Of a DNA stretch of 58,436 nt, positions 24,501-37,143 are shown piece by piece. The notes below the pieces were generated by a model that was not told the origin of the DNA, made no database searches, and was given only the letters and a program-made list of their open reading frames with translations. Each line of letters begins with the position of its first letter. Position 1 is the stretch's first letter. Origin of the DNA: Guillardia theta CCMP2712 (Eukaryota > Protista > Cryptophyta); assembly GCF_000315625.1 (NCBI RefSeq), contig NW_005434620.1, forward strand, positions 1-58,436, in the 5' to 3' direction. The translations under genes were made by a program, and so were the position numbers.

Positions 24501-24881
24501 CTACATGGGCAAGGCAGTTCAACTCCTTACGAATGAGATGAATCAGGCCAGAGATGCGTCTTGTCGGATTTCTCAACATCAGCAGAAGTTGCATGAGTCA
24601 GCAAAGGAACATTTTCGCGGTGCCGTGATCGAGCTAGCCGATTGTCTCCGCCTTCTGGGGAGCTTCATGGGGGAGAAAGGAAGCATTCTTGAGGCCTGCG
24701 AGGCCTATGAACAAGCGCTTTCATTGCTTCGGAGTGAACTTGGTAGTGACCATCCGCAGTGTGAGGCTATCAGGTGAGACCTTGGTAAGTGCAAAGAGGA
24801 AGCTCAAAGTTCTATAGGTCAACACTTGCATCTTTACATCGGGCACAGAAAGCATACACGCAAGCTCAGAAGCTCTTCTGA
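12594..24881 (+). CDS. Giant multi-exon NPHP3-like protein: N-myristoylation motif, coiled coil, DUF4062/NACHT-like region, many TPRs, internal cNMP-binding domain
   Basis: MGAGLS start; coiled coil (EKEKLREWEGELSRRL); SIRVFVISS..FPRL..LVFVD..IGILADRYG; Walker-B-like VIIIDGVERL; recurrent 'HP..A' TPR repeats; cNMP motif (FEKDDVLLERDSPMDFILIVVRG...GELYGEFEML, ~20170-20510). Colinear ORFs 12594, 19139, 19610, 21668, 22458, 23704 and 24283 are linked by short GT-AG introns. Last exon STLASLHRAQKAYTQAQKLF* ends at 24881. Confidence 0.85.
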
Positions 24882-24899
24882 TGTTCATCTTAATGCCTG

Positions 24900-25623
24900 A
24901 TGGCTCGTAGATGAGGATAAGCCTCTGCTAAAGGCTCCAGCTGCTTGTCTATCGATCGATACAGCTGCTTCATACTCTCCGTTGTAATGTCAACATCCTT
25001 CCACCCACGTGCTAAATTGCTTTCATGCAACGATTGTAGAGCTTGTGCTGCGGGAATGTTGAAGCCATTTCCCTGGTCATCACATCAATAACTCGATATG
25101 CCTCGGCCTGTACCAGAGTGACGCACCTTCTCTTGGTGAAGCATCATCGTGGTCCCCCTCCGAGCTCTCAGCTTAGCCAGGTGTTTATCACCAGATGTGT
25201 ACTTCAAGCTCTCTGTGCGGGTATCTTTGTCATCATACTTGGCCCATGGCGTTCCTTTCCAAGTGTTTGTCCCAACTCCATCATGGAAGGATCCACCGAA
25301 TCTGGAGAAAACCTGCGGAAACAAACAACTCAGGAAAAGTTGATGATGAGAGAATGCGACCTTTGCAGCTGTTCTCTCAGTTTCCAGATCTTGCTTCAGT
25401 TTAGATTGTTGGAATTGTGTGAGGAACTTCGCTGTCACCTGGCAAGTTGTTATCGTCCAACCAGTCTCACATCCTTTGGGTCATAGTCACTGACCTTATC
25501 CGCGAGGTTTCCTTGCAAGACTGTGCGATTGCTTTTGTTTCTCGAGAATACAAGGCAACCCGCGACGATCGCCATAGTCACGAGCATCAGCTCCACCCCG
25601 CTACCTCTCGCTCTCCTCGCCAT
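24900..25623 (-). CDS. Small hypothetical spliced protein with N-terminal hydrophobic segment
   Basis: MARRARGSGVELMLVTMAIVAGCLVFS plus ORF 25085..25438, joined by short introns; 3' end approximate. Confidence 0.5.
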
Positions 25624-25803
25624 GGCCCTTCGACACTCCTTGTGATTTTTGCACTTGATCAAAATTATCTATGACCTCATTGCTGCCTTTCTAATTTCTC
25701 AGCCTGAGGCAGACCTCGTCATGAACCAACGTTTCCGTTGTCCCCCTCCCATCCAACACTCTACTGGCGCTTGAACAACACAACAGCCTTGGCTACATCT
25801 CTT

Positions 25804-26070
25804 ATGACCGAGCACCCAACTGAGGAACAGACAGAAGCTTCAGGCAGCACAGCAGCAAACATGAAGCCTGATGAGCATGACTTGAGCAACCAGCCAAGTC
25901 AGGGGAACGTGGAAGTTGCCAAGAGAGTTATGGAAAGCTGTTTGAAGCAAGGGCTCGTGGAGCTCTGCAAGGAAAAGCCTTCTGACCCTGTCAGGTGGCT
26001 CGCACATTGGCTGCTTGAAAACAACCCGAACCAACCAAAGGTTATCGCTTCCATGGACAGCAACGGATGA
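25804..26070 (+). CDS. Dpy-30 motif protein
   Basis: VMESCLKQGLVELCKEKPSDPVRWLAHWLLENNPN matches the Dpy-30/RIIa-like dimerisation motif. Confidence 0.75.
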   Translation: MTEHPTEEQTEASGSTAANMKPDEHDLSNQPSQGNVEVAKRVMESCLKQGLVELCKEKPSDPVRWLAHWLLENNPNQPKVIASMDSNG

Positions 26071-26239
26071 TGGTGTCGGCACGAAAAAGCGATTCTCATA
26101 AGCTGATTTGTTCTTTCGTCATGCAATGTGACTAAGATCCGGGAAGAAAACATCTCAGTTTTTATCTCAAAAGTTTATAATCAGATCCGATCGAGACAGC
26201 CTCTTGCAATTTTATGATTTAAGCTTGCGGAATGAAGTA

Positions 26240-28300
26240 CCTCTGCATCTCAGTTACTCTTTCCTAAGTAATTCAAAGACATTACCTTGTAACTTTTTGA
26301 CGATAATGTTCCGTCGAATGATCCTGACACCCGATTGATCATTGCAACATGATAGGAATCAAAGAACCTTAATCATGTATGCAAGAAACCAAAAGAAGCT
26401 TTTGGGAATATCCATCATGAAATCCAAATGATCGTCCTGCTCCAAGCTTCGTAACTTCGACAACATTGATGAGACCAACTCACCGCAGCCTCGATTACAA
26501 AATGCTGAGGGTTCGTAGCCGCATGTGAGAAAACAAATCTGAGAAACCCCTCGCCTATCACCCTTTTCCCCGTTGATCGCAGAGACTTACAGGAATTTGC
26601 CATGAGGTTTGTAAGCATCCACAATTCCTGCAGAAATTGAGAACAAACAAATAAGTTTCATTTTGCTGTCCACCTGCCGCCAGGTTGGAGGCGATGGAAA
26701 TCCACTTTTTACGACGATCTTCACCATGCTGCGAATAAGAACTTTCTGTCTGCGAGAGAGTCCAAGATTGATTCTCTGACAACAACTACAACAAGAGGTC
26801 AGGCCAGCAGTTTTCTTAGATGATTGACACTAACCCGAAGAAGGGCAGAGCTCTGCCTACCCAGCAATCGAGGCACAACATCACACTAAAACAAGCACCA
26901 TCATTTGTTGCAAGCGCAACACCAAGGTACCTGATGAACGTAGCACCTGAGCCGATTTGAAAGCGTTTCTAAGATCTTCATTCCCTCTGATAATCATGTT
27001 AGAAGTTCGGAAAGATTGTGAATAATTTACGATAGTTGACCGCACAGACCAACAATATATTCAAATATTACCTTCTGTACAAGGGTCTCCAAATACGAGC
27101 GGGGCACCAAAAACGACAATTTGTAAATCAATCCTGGAATTCCACAACATGTCTGCAAGATCAAGTCAAAACGTCTGGCGCTGGAATCCCACGCAGGCTC
27201 ACCCCTCCATTCTGTATCCAACAAGCTTCTGAGTGCTAAAACCATTGCGCATCCACCACCGTAGGAGTGGCCAGTAAATACAACTCTGAAATGCTCATTC
27301 AGACTCAGAAACTCTGATTTCATGGTAGAATTTCCTTTTGACATTGGTTGATTTTGCGCACGCTTGCAAACTTTCAAAAATCGCAGTAGAACTGAATAAA
27401 TTTTCCAGAAGATTAAAGATTGCTAAGGCATACACGTGCTGTCAAATGTTAAAGATAGGTACAAACCATTTTGAGATTGCGGCATTGAATCCACAGTGTA
27501 CAGGAATTCCATGTTTCTAAAAAGCACATTCAGCGAATTGGGCCAAAAACCGCTTTCAAGGTCAGATAATCCACTTTGTCAGGCTTAAAACGATCACAGA
27601 CATACGAATCCATTCACCTGTGTCACAGGCAAGCAAACAAGATCGTGCATGACGTCAATCCAGGAATATGTTCCTCGGAAGGTGACCAGTATGACAGACT
27701 CCTGTTCTCTAGAAAGTGGATCCTGTAGCTCGTTCGAACAACAACTCATTCGATTCCCAAGGTCACCTTCATTTCAAGAATCGCCCAATTCGGCTCAATG
27801 CTGGCCTACAAACCAGCAATCAACTCCACGAAGAGAAGAACGACAATTTACCTGTCCTTCAGTAGGACTGACCACAGCACTGGCATACTCGGTTACCTGT
27901 GACAGATTTCAAAACTAGGTCAGACTAATGGTATCTACTTTTTGACAAAATTGATCATGATAGATGTCTTCACACGCCCTGCATATGCTTTTTAAACCAG
28001 GAATAACGCGATAGAGGAACAACCTTGCACAAATGTTGTCCTGCTCAAATAGAACCTCCATATTCCTCTGCCAAACGGTCAGTCAATTGAAAGAAACGTT
28101 TCAGCAACGAATGAACACTTGATCTTGCTCTTCAGCTTCAACAGAATGAAAAGACTTGGAAGACGCGCTGTAGGGCTCCAAATCTCGTCTGCTCAACAAG
28201 CTGGCGTTTGCTACCAGGAGTATCAGAAAGACATCATCCTGACCATTGACAACCTGCTAGAGATCTAGGTCTTTTACCGTAATAGAATTCTGTCATAGCA
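26240..28300 (-). CDS. Class 3 lipase-like alpha/beta hydrolase (multi-exon; boundaries approximate)
   Basis: RVVFTGHSYGGGCAMVLAL nucleophile elbow (~27240-27290); upstream exon VILVTFRGTYSWIDV (~27650-27695). Confidence 0.7.
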
Positions 28301-28720
28301 AAGGTTGACTTTCAATCAAAGGAAACAAATAATCTTACTTTGGGCGCACAGTCTCTGATATTGTAATTCAGCGAGATTCGCAAGGATTTGTCGTGAAGCT
28401 TGAAATATTCCGCTCGCTACGCCCCTTGTGCCCCACGATGTCTCACTCTCTCGTCCTTCCATCATTACAGCATGCTCCTTGCATTGGACATCGCGCTCCA
28501 TGCTGGCACAACTCAACCACGCTCCAGACCACGCTCCATGTTTGTAGATGTGACGCACTTTTCTTCCTGCATCATTCTCACAATAAAATAAAGCGGGGTA
28601 TGCTGCCTTTCATCTGCTGCTGAGGCAAGCTTCATTTTGCGACGAAAGTCAAAATGGGAGTTTTAAAAAATCGAAACACTGAACTCTGACAGCTGCGAGT
28701 CTCAACTCCCGTGACTTGTC

Positions 28721-29340
28721 ATACTCCCTCACAGTCTGTGATACTCCCTCACAGTCTGTCATACTCCCTCACAGTCTGTCATACTCCCTCACAGTCTGTC
28801 ATACTCCCTCACAGTCTGTGATACTCCCTCACAGTCTGTCATACTCCCTCACAGTCTGTGATACTCCCTCACAGTCTGTCATACTCCCTCACAGTCTGTG
28901 ATACTCCCTCACAGTCTGTGATACTCCCTCACAGTCTGTCATACTCCCTCACAGTCTGTCATACTCCCTCACAGTCTGTCATACTCCCTCACAGTCTGTC
29001 ATACTCCCTCACAGTCTGTCATACTCCCTCACAGTCTGTCATACTCCCTCACAGTCTGTCATACTCCCTCACAGTCTGTCATACTCCCTCACAGTCTGTG
29101 ATACTCCCTCACAGTCTGTCGTACTCCCTCACAGTCTGTCATACTCCCTCACAGTCTGTCATACTCCCTCACAGTCTGTCATACTCCCTCACAGTCTGTG
29201 ATACTCCCTCACAGTCTGTCGTACTCCCTCACAGTCTGTGATACTCCCTCACAGTCTGTGATACTCCCTCACAGTCTGTCATACTCCCTCACAGTCTGTG
29301 ATACTCCCTCACAGTCTGTGATACTCCCTCACAGTCTGTC
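28721..29340. repeat. 20-bp minisatellite (ATACTCCCTCACAGTCTGT[C/G]) x31
   Basis: 620 bp of perfect 20-nt period; variation only at position 20 (C/G) and twice at position 1 (A>G). Confidence 0.98.
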
Positions 29341-29640
29341 AGTTCAGGAGCCTGAACGGAGTGCGATGATGGCATCGTGGTGAGGTATCATGCGAGGTAG
29401 AACGCAATCATCCCTTCAACGCCACCCTCTCTCCTCTTTTAAGTATCGCCGCACGCATTGTAACTTGAGCAATGACACCCAGGCATCTTTTCCTGGATTG
29501 ATTTTGCTTTTGATTCTGATTTGATTCTTGAACAACTCGCACTTGCAAGTGAGAGTTGTTCGTCTGTGTACTTGTGCTGTGCTAGTTATCTAGGAATTTC
29601 AATGAGCACAAGTGTACATTATCAAAACATATATTTTGCA

Positions 29641-30399
29641 TCAAGACGCCTCTTCCTCCTCCATTTGTTCCATTTCCTGTAGTAGTTTACCCTCTGTTCG
29701 AATTGAATCAATCAACCTCAGACTCCACCTCTGGAGGCGCTGAAAGAATTTTTTCAACGAGAGCAATCATCTGGTTCGATTCCATGTAAGCCAAACTCAA
29801 AGACAATGGATCATTGATATGCTACCTGTTCAAGCCTATCATCTCCGAATCTTGCTTCAGCCTGCCAATGAATCATGCGATCAAACGTCTGCTTTACCCA
29901 CTGTAGAACGACGATTACATGATCGATGATAGAGTATAGCGAAACTAAAGTTGTCGGTCGAAAATTTGCAATATTGAGAAGTTCTTTCTTTTTCAAAGGC
30001 TCTTGTCCATCCTTGTTTTCGAAAATGCCCAAAGTATTTGGCACAATCAGTGAGATCAGGTTGATGCAGAAGAATCACCAGCGGTGGAAACTTGGCAAGC
30101 TCCCCATAGAGCTGCTGTACTTCATTTGGAGTGACATTGCATGAATTTGAGCTTTCAAGATACTGGATGACCTGAAAATCTTGAAATTATACGAAAATCC
30201 AAAATCATTGAACAAAATACTTGGTTTGTAGTGAGCACCGCTACCTGCAGCAAGATTCAAAATGTGCATGATTCATATTGTTCTGATTCACCTCTGGCCT
30301 TTGGAAGCCCGATTTTGAGGCTTCCAGTTGAATGCTTTTCACCAGTTCGAGTACTTCAGCATTGCATAGAACCGCGTCACAATCATCGAGAATCTCCAT
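29641..30399 (-). CDS. CRCP: RNA polymerase III subunit RPC9/C17 (Rpb4/HRDC family), multi-exon
   Basis: Spliced translation MEILDDCDAVLCNAEVLELV...LKKKELLNIANFRPTTLVSLYSIIDH..EARFGDDRLEQ, with an acidic C-terminus EEEEAS*. Confidence 0.75.
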
Positions 30400-31402
30400 T
30401 TTCAAGGATCCAGATTTAGCAGACTAGCTCACAAATTGAATTAGCGTCTGAAAAATCTCATGACTGAGTTGATAACTTCATATGACTTCATCTTGATCAT
30501 AAACATTTCACTCATGGATGATCTAATGCAACATCAAGGCAAAGCCCTGTCCCCCTCTTCTCCTGCCTGCTTTCTGCATGTGAACCAAAAAACAAACGAG
30601 GCGGGCCCACATGAATTCCCGCACCAGAATTTCGACATGCGGGATGTGTGCGCTGGTCCCTTCATCTCTTTCTCTTCCTGTGATGACCCATCTTCGAACC
30701 TCCTCTCGCCTCTGATCATGGCGATCCCATCAGATGCACAAGTCGCTGGTCGAGATGGGAGTACTACAGGAGCGACCGTGTATCCGTCTGATGGATCTCG
30801 ACCTCCACTGAAGGCTCGATAAAAGTGTCATACGTGGAATTCCTTGTGACGTTGTTCAAATTTCACTTTCTGCTTCTATCTTTGATTATGTGAGCATGTG
30901 CTGCGAAGCCTCTCGGAATAAGCAGCTTTCCATCGCTCCTCTCATGTCTTCTACTGCGTTGGACCACATGTCTTTGCCAGATGCTGATAGATCAAGGACT
31001 CAAGCAAGAGTGATTTTGCGATCCAACAAGCGAAGATCGCGAAAAGCGGAATAATAACACTGTAGAGTGGACGGCAAAATTATCGAGTGATGGTAAAGAG
31101 TTGGCATGAATGGAGATGGTGTGAGATCTTATCAACGGCATTTTGAGTACCAGTCTATTGCTGTGCAGCAGTCAAGCAACCGATTAGATAGCCTCAATTT
31201 GGAACAGAGTTGGCGGAAGCGTGTGAGTTGGTGAAATCGATCAAAATGTTTCACTGCTGGAAGATATGAGTATGTGCAACACATTGTTAGCTGCATAACG
31301 CATCTCAGGCTTGATTGACCATGTTTGGTACTCTTTTAATGCTTGAACACATTAAACGGACAGGCTCCACGGCTCCACAAAACAGCAAAGATTCATCGTT
31401 AG

Positions 31403-33225
31403 CTAATGGAACGAGATTCGTCTCGATTTGTAAATTGACCTGTGAAAGAACATCATGCTGCATGAAAACATTCCAAGAATAATACCAGAGGAAACGCTTG
31501 TACCAGCTGCCCGAGAGATCAGCGAAAAAACAAAGATTAGACGAAGTCAGAGCACAATTCCGACGTAATTACCCTGCTGCAGCGCCGCACAAGGCCAAAC
31601 CTGCAATGAATTTGAGACCCATCTTCTTCCTTTCGTCCTAAGATTGCAATCAATCAACTCGAAATCAAGATCGCAGCGTCCTCAAGACGTACAGCTTCTG
31701 GTTCAGCTGCCCATGCAAGAAAGGTGGTCACATCTTTAGCCATCTGTAAATATTAGTTAACCGTAAACATCTTAGGAAATTTTAAAATCGAATAATGCGC
31801 AAACCTGAGATGCAGTTGCTTCTGTCCCGTCTTCATATTCTACGCCGCCATCATAGATAGGCTAAACATGAAGGGTTAAAACGAGCACTTATCTTCAACA
31901 GCAGGACGTGAATTGTGAACATGGAAGAGACGACAAACAGACAACAAGACGCGAAACAGAGTGTACCGGTGGCATTTGAATTCTGCCGCCAGGGAAGTAC
32001 GGATTCCAGTGCCTGAGCAACAACGACAGGGAATTATTTCTTGAAAAGTAGAATCGCCTATGCTGAACTCACTGTCCTTCCGCAATGACCACGCCAGCCG
32101 GTGGGTCACGATATCCAGTCAGCAAAGCGAAAATGTAATCGGCCCCACCTTCCAAATAATCATCAGACTAAATAAAGTGGATAAAATATAATCAGTTTCA
32201 GCGAAAATGTCCAGAGAAAATCAAGCATCAATCCTCAACGTACCATGGCGCGCCTTGGTGATGAGAGAAAGATCTGGAGGAAGGCCGCCGTTGTTGGCAT
32301 AACGCGCCTCATTCTCGTTCTAGACAACAGTCACTTCTGGATAAGTACTCTTTACCTAATTTGGTCACCTTGTACGGACTCTGAATGTAATCGGAGAGCT
32401 TCCCAGGTCGTTCAAAGTAAGCTCCTGCACATATACACTCAAAATCATAGGCTTAGAAGCTCGCAACTACCCGTGTCATCTGGACCGTCCGTATATTCCT
32501 TCTCTGCAGCCATCTCTTTGGCTTCATCCTGCACATTGGATCAATTGTATGGAAAACCCTCTCTCTCCCAATACCTCTGTATAGCACACTCCAACCAAGT
32601 TACGATAGGCAATTCTTTTGAGCCCGTGACAAGCTGCACACACCTTCAAAGAAAAATCACAAATAATTCATCGTTTGTCCATTGAGTTAACACAACCTGC
32701 TGATACACCTGGTGTCCACGACGGATACTAACAAATCATTAGAAAACACATTTGAAAAACAATCAACATACCTTGCAGCATCGTAAGCCGCCATGAAGCC
32801 ACTGTGTGACCATGGATAGGCCGCAGAATGCAACTGGTCACTTGCATACGCAGTGCTAACAAAAGAGTTAGACTAGATCGCCTAACCCCTATGGCCACCT
32901 GCTGGTGAAAATGTAGGCTGCACCACCAACGGTAGCGCCTACAGCGACCTTACCAAAGATCCTGTAGAGTACAAAGGATATTCAGTGCTTCGATTTTCTG
33001 CTGAGACGAACGCGAAGAAGGTGTGCGAAAGAAAAGAGTTGCAGGAACGAACATCGAAGGGGCGTGGGGGGCATCCAAACGAGAAACAACATACATGAGC
33101 TACTGTTTAGAGGGGGAGCGCAAAAAGGAGAAGAGGAGGGAGGATGATAAGACGAAGGAAAAGGAGGGCTGGTCATGACGAGGAGAAAGAAGAATGAACG
33201 GCGCCGACCTCGGTACACGCAGCAT
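31403..33225 (-). CDS. CYC1: Mitochondrial cytochrome c1 (complex III), many short exons
   Basis: Manually spliced exons give [55 protein letters not shown] (CXXCH)..[96 protein letters not shown]. Confidence 0.95.
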
Positions 33226-34379
33226 GTCGCGGAGCTTCCTCTGCTCGTGAGACCCCTACCCCTCTCCAACACCGGATTTTCATATGGATAGACCCGGTGG
33301 ACAATGACGATATGGATGACCCTACCCACCAAGGAAGTAAAACATACCCATCCACCCACTACTGGGAGACCATGAACAAACATCAATGGGATCACCCCAC
33401 CCCTCGTCCTAGTAGTGTAGCATGTTATAATAACCCTTACACAGACATGCCCTCAGAAACTACCCACCCCCTTTCGACCTCAAACCCCCCCTCCGTCGCC
33501 ATTACATCCTCTTGCGCTTTCTAGGGCTGCCGCTATGACCGTTATGAATCGAGAAATATGATAACGGTCCGGAGGCCCGGCCGGACCGGCGAACTTCGGA
33601 ACGCCGGGAAGTTCGGAGCCTCAGCCTGAGCGGCATCTTGACGGAATACAAGTTTGTTAGACTTGTACCGTCTAGTCCAAAGTCACGCAGATCACATCGA
33701 CCTTAGTTGTAACAAGTCAGTTTTTGCTCAAGACCGAATTTAATGCACACAAAACTTGAAAGAGCACACCATGTGAAACCCAACTTCGCATCCAGACATG
33801 AGAGGACCTTAGCAAGACGGCTAGGAAAGCCCCCTCTTCGTCCCACGTACTACATTCGTACTACATGATTGCCGCGGCGCCTTGAAAACACGTCAGTCGT
33901 CTTGTTTACAGGAGAGTTTTTGTTAACTCGGCGCTATCTGACTGGCACGGCTGGCATACGATCCATCACATCTTGGTGCCGACGGTAGTACATGCCGCTC
34001 AGGAGTCCGGAATACAGTTTCGCTAACAGGCTCCCTCGGGGTGCGATCATTGTTGTACGCAGCCTGGCAGTGACTCCGGAGCCGGGGCGGACAATTTTCT
34101 GCTGAGGCGAGGCCCGGGATCAGTGTGATCGGATGGCTCAGTAAGTTGGCAACTTTTTGCGGGCTTGGGGGCTGGCGACCGACGCGGTGGGTCTCGTGGC
34201 GTACTTTGACTCAGTACGACATCAGTAACGGTGTGACTCAGTGACAGCGACACTTTTACGTGCTCAGTCTTTAGCTATAAGGCGACAACTAAGACATAGA
34301 GTCTTCGCAGCTCTTGCATATCTCTACGTTTGACATCGTTTTGCCTTCCGCTCGCCGGAAAACCTGGAAAGGTCTAGAT

Positions 34380-36593
34380 CATTCACGAAGATACAAAGAT
34401 AAGTTCAATGACAAAGTTTCACACCTTCTCCATGTTATACATATGCATAGCTTCTTGAAGGAAGGACAATTGATCAGAAGACAGATCTGCACTGAAAAGT
34501 CAATCAATACGGCCGATCATTTGTAAGGAACCACCTTCATCTGAAATGACAGATTTTACCACGTCAAGGGTATGGGCATAGCGCAATCTGAGCGCCTCCT
34601 TTTCGATCTCCAAGGATCGAATGATATTCTCTTTGCTCTGGAGTGAGACCTGTTTAGAGTGAGAGTCCCTTCTTTAAATCAGCGATTTACCTTGTACTGC
34701 AGGATCTCACCCTGAACTTTGCCGAACCGTTGAAGGCACTCTGCCTGAACCAAGTTGACTCTTTCGCAACCTTAATCTACAAAAAGAAATCGACTGACTT
34801 GTCTCATTTCGATCTCGCTCCGATATTTCTCAAGCTGAATCTTATTATCTAAAGCTTTCTCCAGCTCCTTGATCTTTGACTTCAATGTACGATTTTCCTT
34901 TCCCAAAGAGTCCAAAGTCTCCTCATTTTTCAATTCTCTTTCCTGGAAGACTTTTAGAAGTTTTAGTCGTGTTAAGGAAAACTCTACCACAAAAAATTCA
35001 GTAAAATCGTGTTCAACAACAGTCATGCTCTTCATCTGAAATGCGATTAATCAGACACAACTTAGCTCTGCAAGTATCTCTCAAGACGTACATCGTTGGC
35101 AATTGCAGAAGACGAAGCTCTCTCTTTTTCGAGCTCGGTCTCGAGCTCAGAAACTCTGCCACAGTCAAACTTTAGCCCAAAAGCCTTTTCATCGTTTCCT
35201 GCACCTCTGCTGGGTGACTTGCAGCTGAAATCTTGACTCTTCGATCTCTTTTCGAGTCTCTTGCAGTTCTGACTCCAACTCCGACAGCTTGCTCTGCAGT
35301 CTTTTGTTTAAGATATTCTGCAAACCGGCAAAGGGAAATTTCAACAAGCGAAATTCGTTCAAATCGAATTCTCTACCGGGTCATCCATGCACAAATTTCT
35401 TTGTTGGCAATACAGGTTCAACATGGTTTATGCATAGTTGTTTGCAACTGCACCTCTCATCCGTTGATGCGACCTCGTCCAGAGCCCTTTCATAGGCTGA
35501 TGGTTCTTCTTCGCGCACATACGCAAGAATCTAGGAGATCCGTCAAAGCAGGGATGACAAGTTGGCCTTCCTTACGTCTCGCTCTCTTTGAAGCGACTTG
35601 GCAAGAAATGCACTATGCTTCTTTTCGTCTTCCAGTTGCTTCGACAACAAATTGACCTTGAATATTGCTAGTGAGATTGAGCGCCTGTAGCCATTAGATT
35701 TGTTTTTCTGCACCTTTTCCGTAAGAGTTTCTTTTTCGCGAGTCTCTGCATATAAAATGCTTGGACGATTGAAGCGATCAATCAGTCCTCCAACGATCTT
35801 TCAACCTCATTTGTTACTATCGCTCATCTTCCCTCAGCCTTATACCGGAATTTCACAAACAGGTAAGCGAGGAAATGCACCGCCACCAATGCTGGTCCCC
35901 TCGTAAAATTGAAGCTTGGTTTCCAGCTCTTGAATCCTCTCATCTTTCTTTGATAGCTGGATACCAGAGGTCGCAAGAACTGATGACCCTGGAAAGGCGA
36001 TCAGAGCAATTGTCACTAGATTGAACAAGTGTGAGCCTGCACTTGATAAGTTTCCCTCGATTTCTTCCAATTCTTCATTCACTCCTTGAATTTCCCGCAC
36101 AAAAAGAGTTTGACTTTCTGACAGAAGCCCTTTCACTTTTCTTGCCATTGAAGAGCTCTTGTTCAGTACGTCGGAGAAGTCCTCGTCTGTACACAACACC
36201 TTCAAATCATAAATGTCAGTCTTGTGGAAAATTGAAATAATTGCATATAAAACCATTGTAGAAGTGAAAAGAAGCCTCCCGTCTCCATCAGTTGTGACGA
36301 AAGCTTTGCGCAATGACTCATCTCCGGATAGCATGATCTGCTTACATACATCCATGACGGAAGCGTCATCCTGTATATCGATCTGAACAAACATAAGTGG
36401 TACTGTAGACTCTAAGACAGCAAAAGAAAAGACGCAGCGGACCGGGAGGAAAGGCCTATGTGGAGAAGGATAGCAGACAAGAACGAGTGGGAGAAGACGG
36501 GAGTGGAGATAGGAGAGCAAGGAAGAAGGATCTGAGGAAGAGAGCATCCACCGTTAGGCTTGCGAGAGAGGGTCCTTGTACATTGACAAGCAT
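34380..36593 (-). CDS. Hypothetical multi-exon coiled-coil protein (3' end approximate)
   Basis: MLVNVQGPSLASLT, then ORFs 35840..36547 and 34772..35035 with heptad-rich segments (ERELKNEETLDSLGKENRTLKSKIKELEKAL) and short GT-AG introns. Confidence 0.6.
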
Positions 36594-37143
36594 GGCAGTA
36601 GCTGCAGTGACTGACGGTGGAAAAAAATTTGACTACAGCTCGCTGCCCCTCTCTCTATTACAATAATTATATATTGGATCAGTACTGATAATTGAGTAAA
36701 TTACATATATATGCGGTACACTTATTTGTACCAGTTACTCTCTTTAATATTAATATATATAGAATTCTCTCCTTTTTTTTTGACTTAGTGAAAGAATCTT
36801 GAAGCGCCCTGCGAGATCCAGTCCTTGTGTCTGTCGAACGAGTTTTCTATTCCGATCATGACTGAAAGATGTGTGGAAAGTAATGTACAACTATGCCTAG
36901 AATGATCCTCAGACATGATCTGATGTAGTTCACCGTCATCCTTGCTGTAGTTTATTTGGTTTGTCAGGAACAAACTAACAAACAGCATACTGATAACAAT
37001 TGCGATCTATCGATCCCATAGCTCTACATAAATGAGAACACGTGTGGTAGAGAGTTTTGTGATATACTGCTGATTCTTTAATGATGAGTATATGTCTAAA
37101 GTAAAGTTAATACTGTGATAAACTCGTGATGCAACGTCTAAGC

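Noticed and set aside
28721-29340. CRISPR-like array, or the repetitive ORFs 28716-29383
   Set aside because: No unique spacers, no cas genes, eukaryotic context; the ORFs are by-products of a stop-poor tandem repeat.
30460-31300. Short ORFs between RPC9 and CYC1
   Set aside because: No motifs or consistent exon chain; may be UTR or intergenic.
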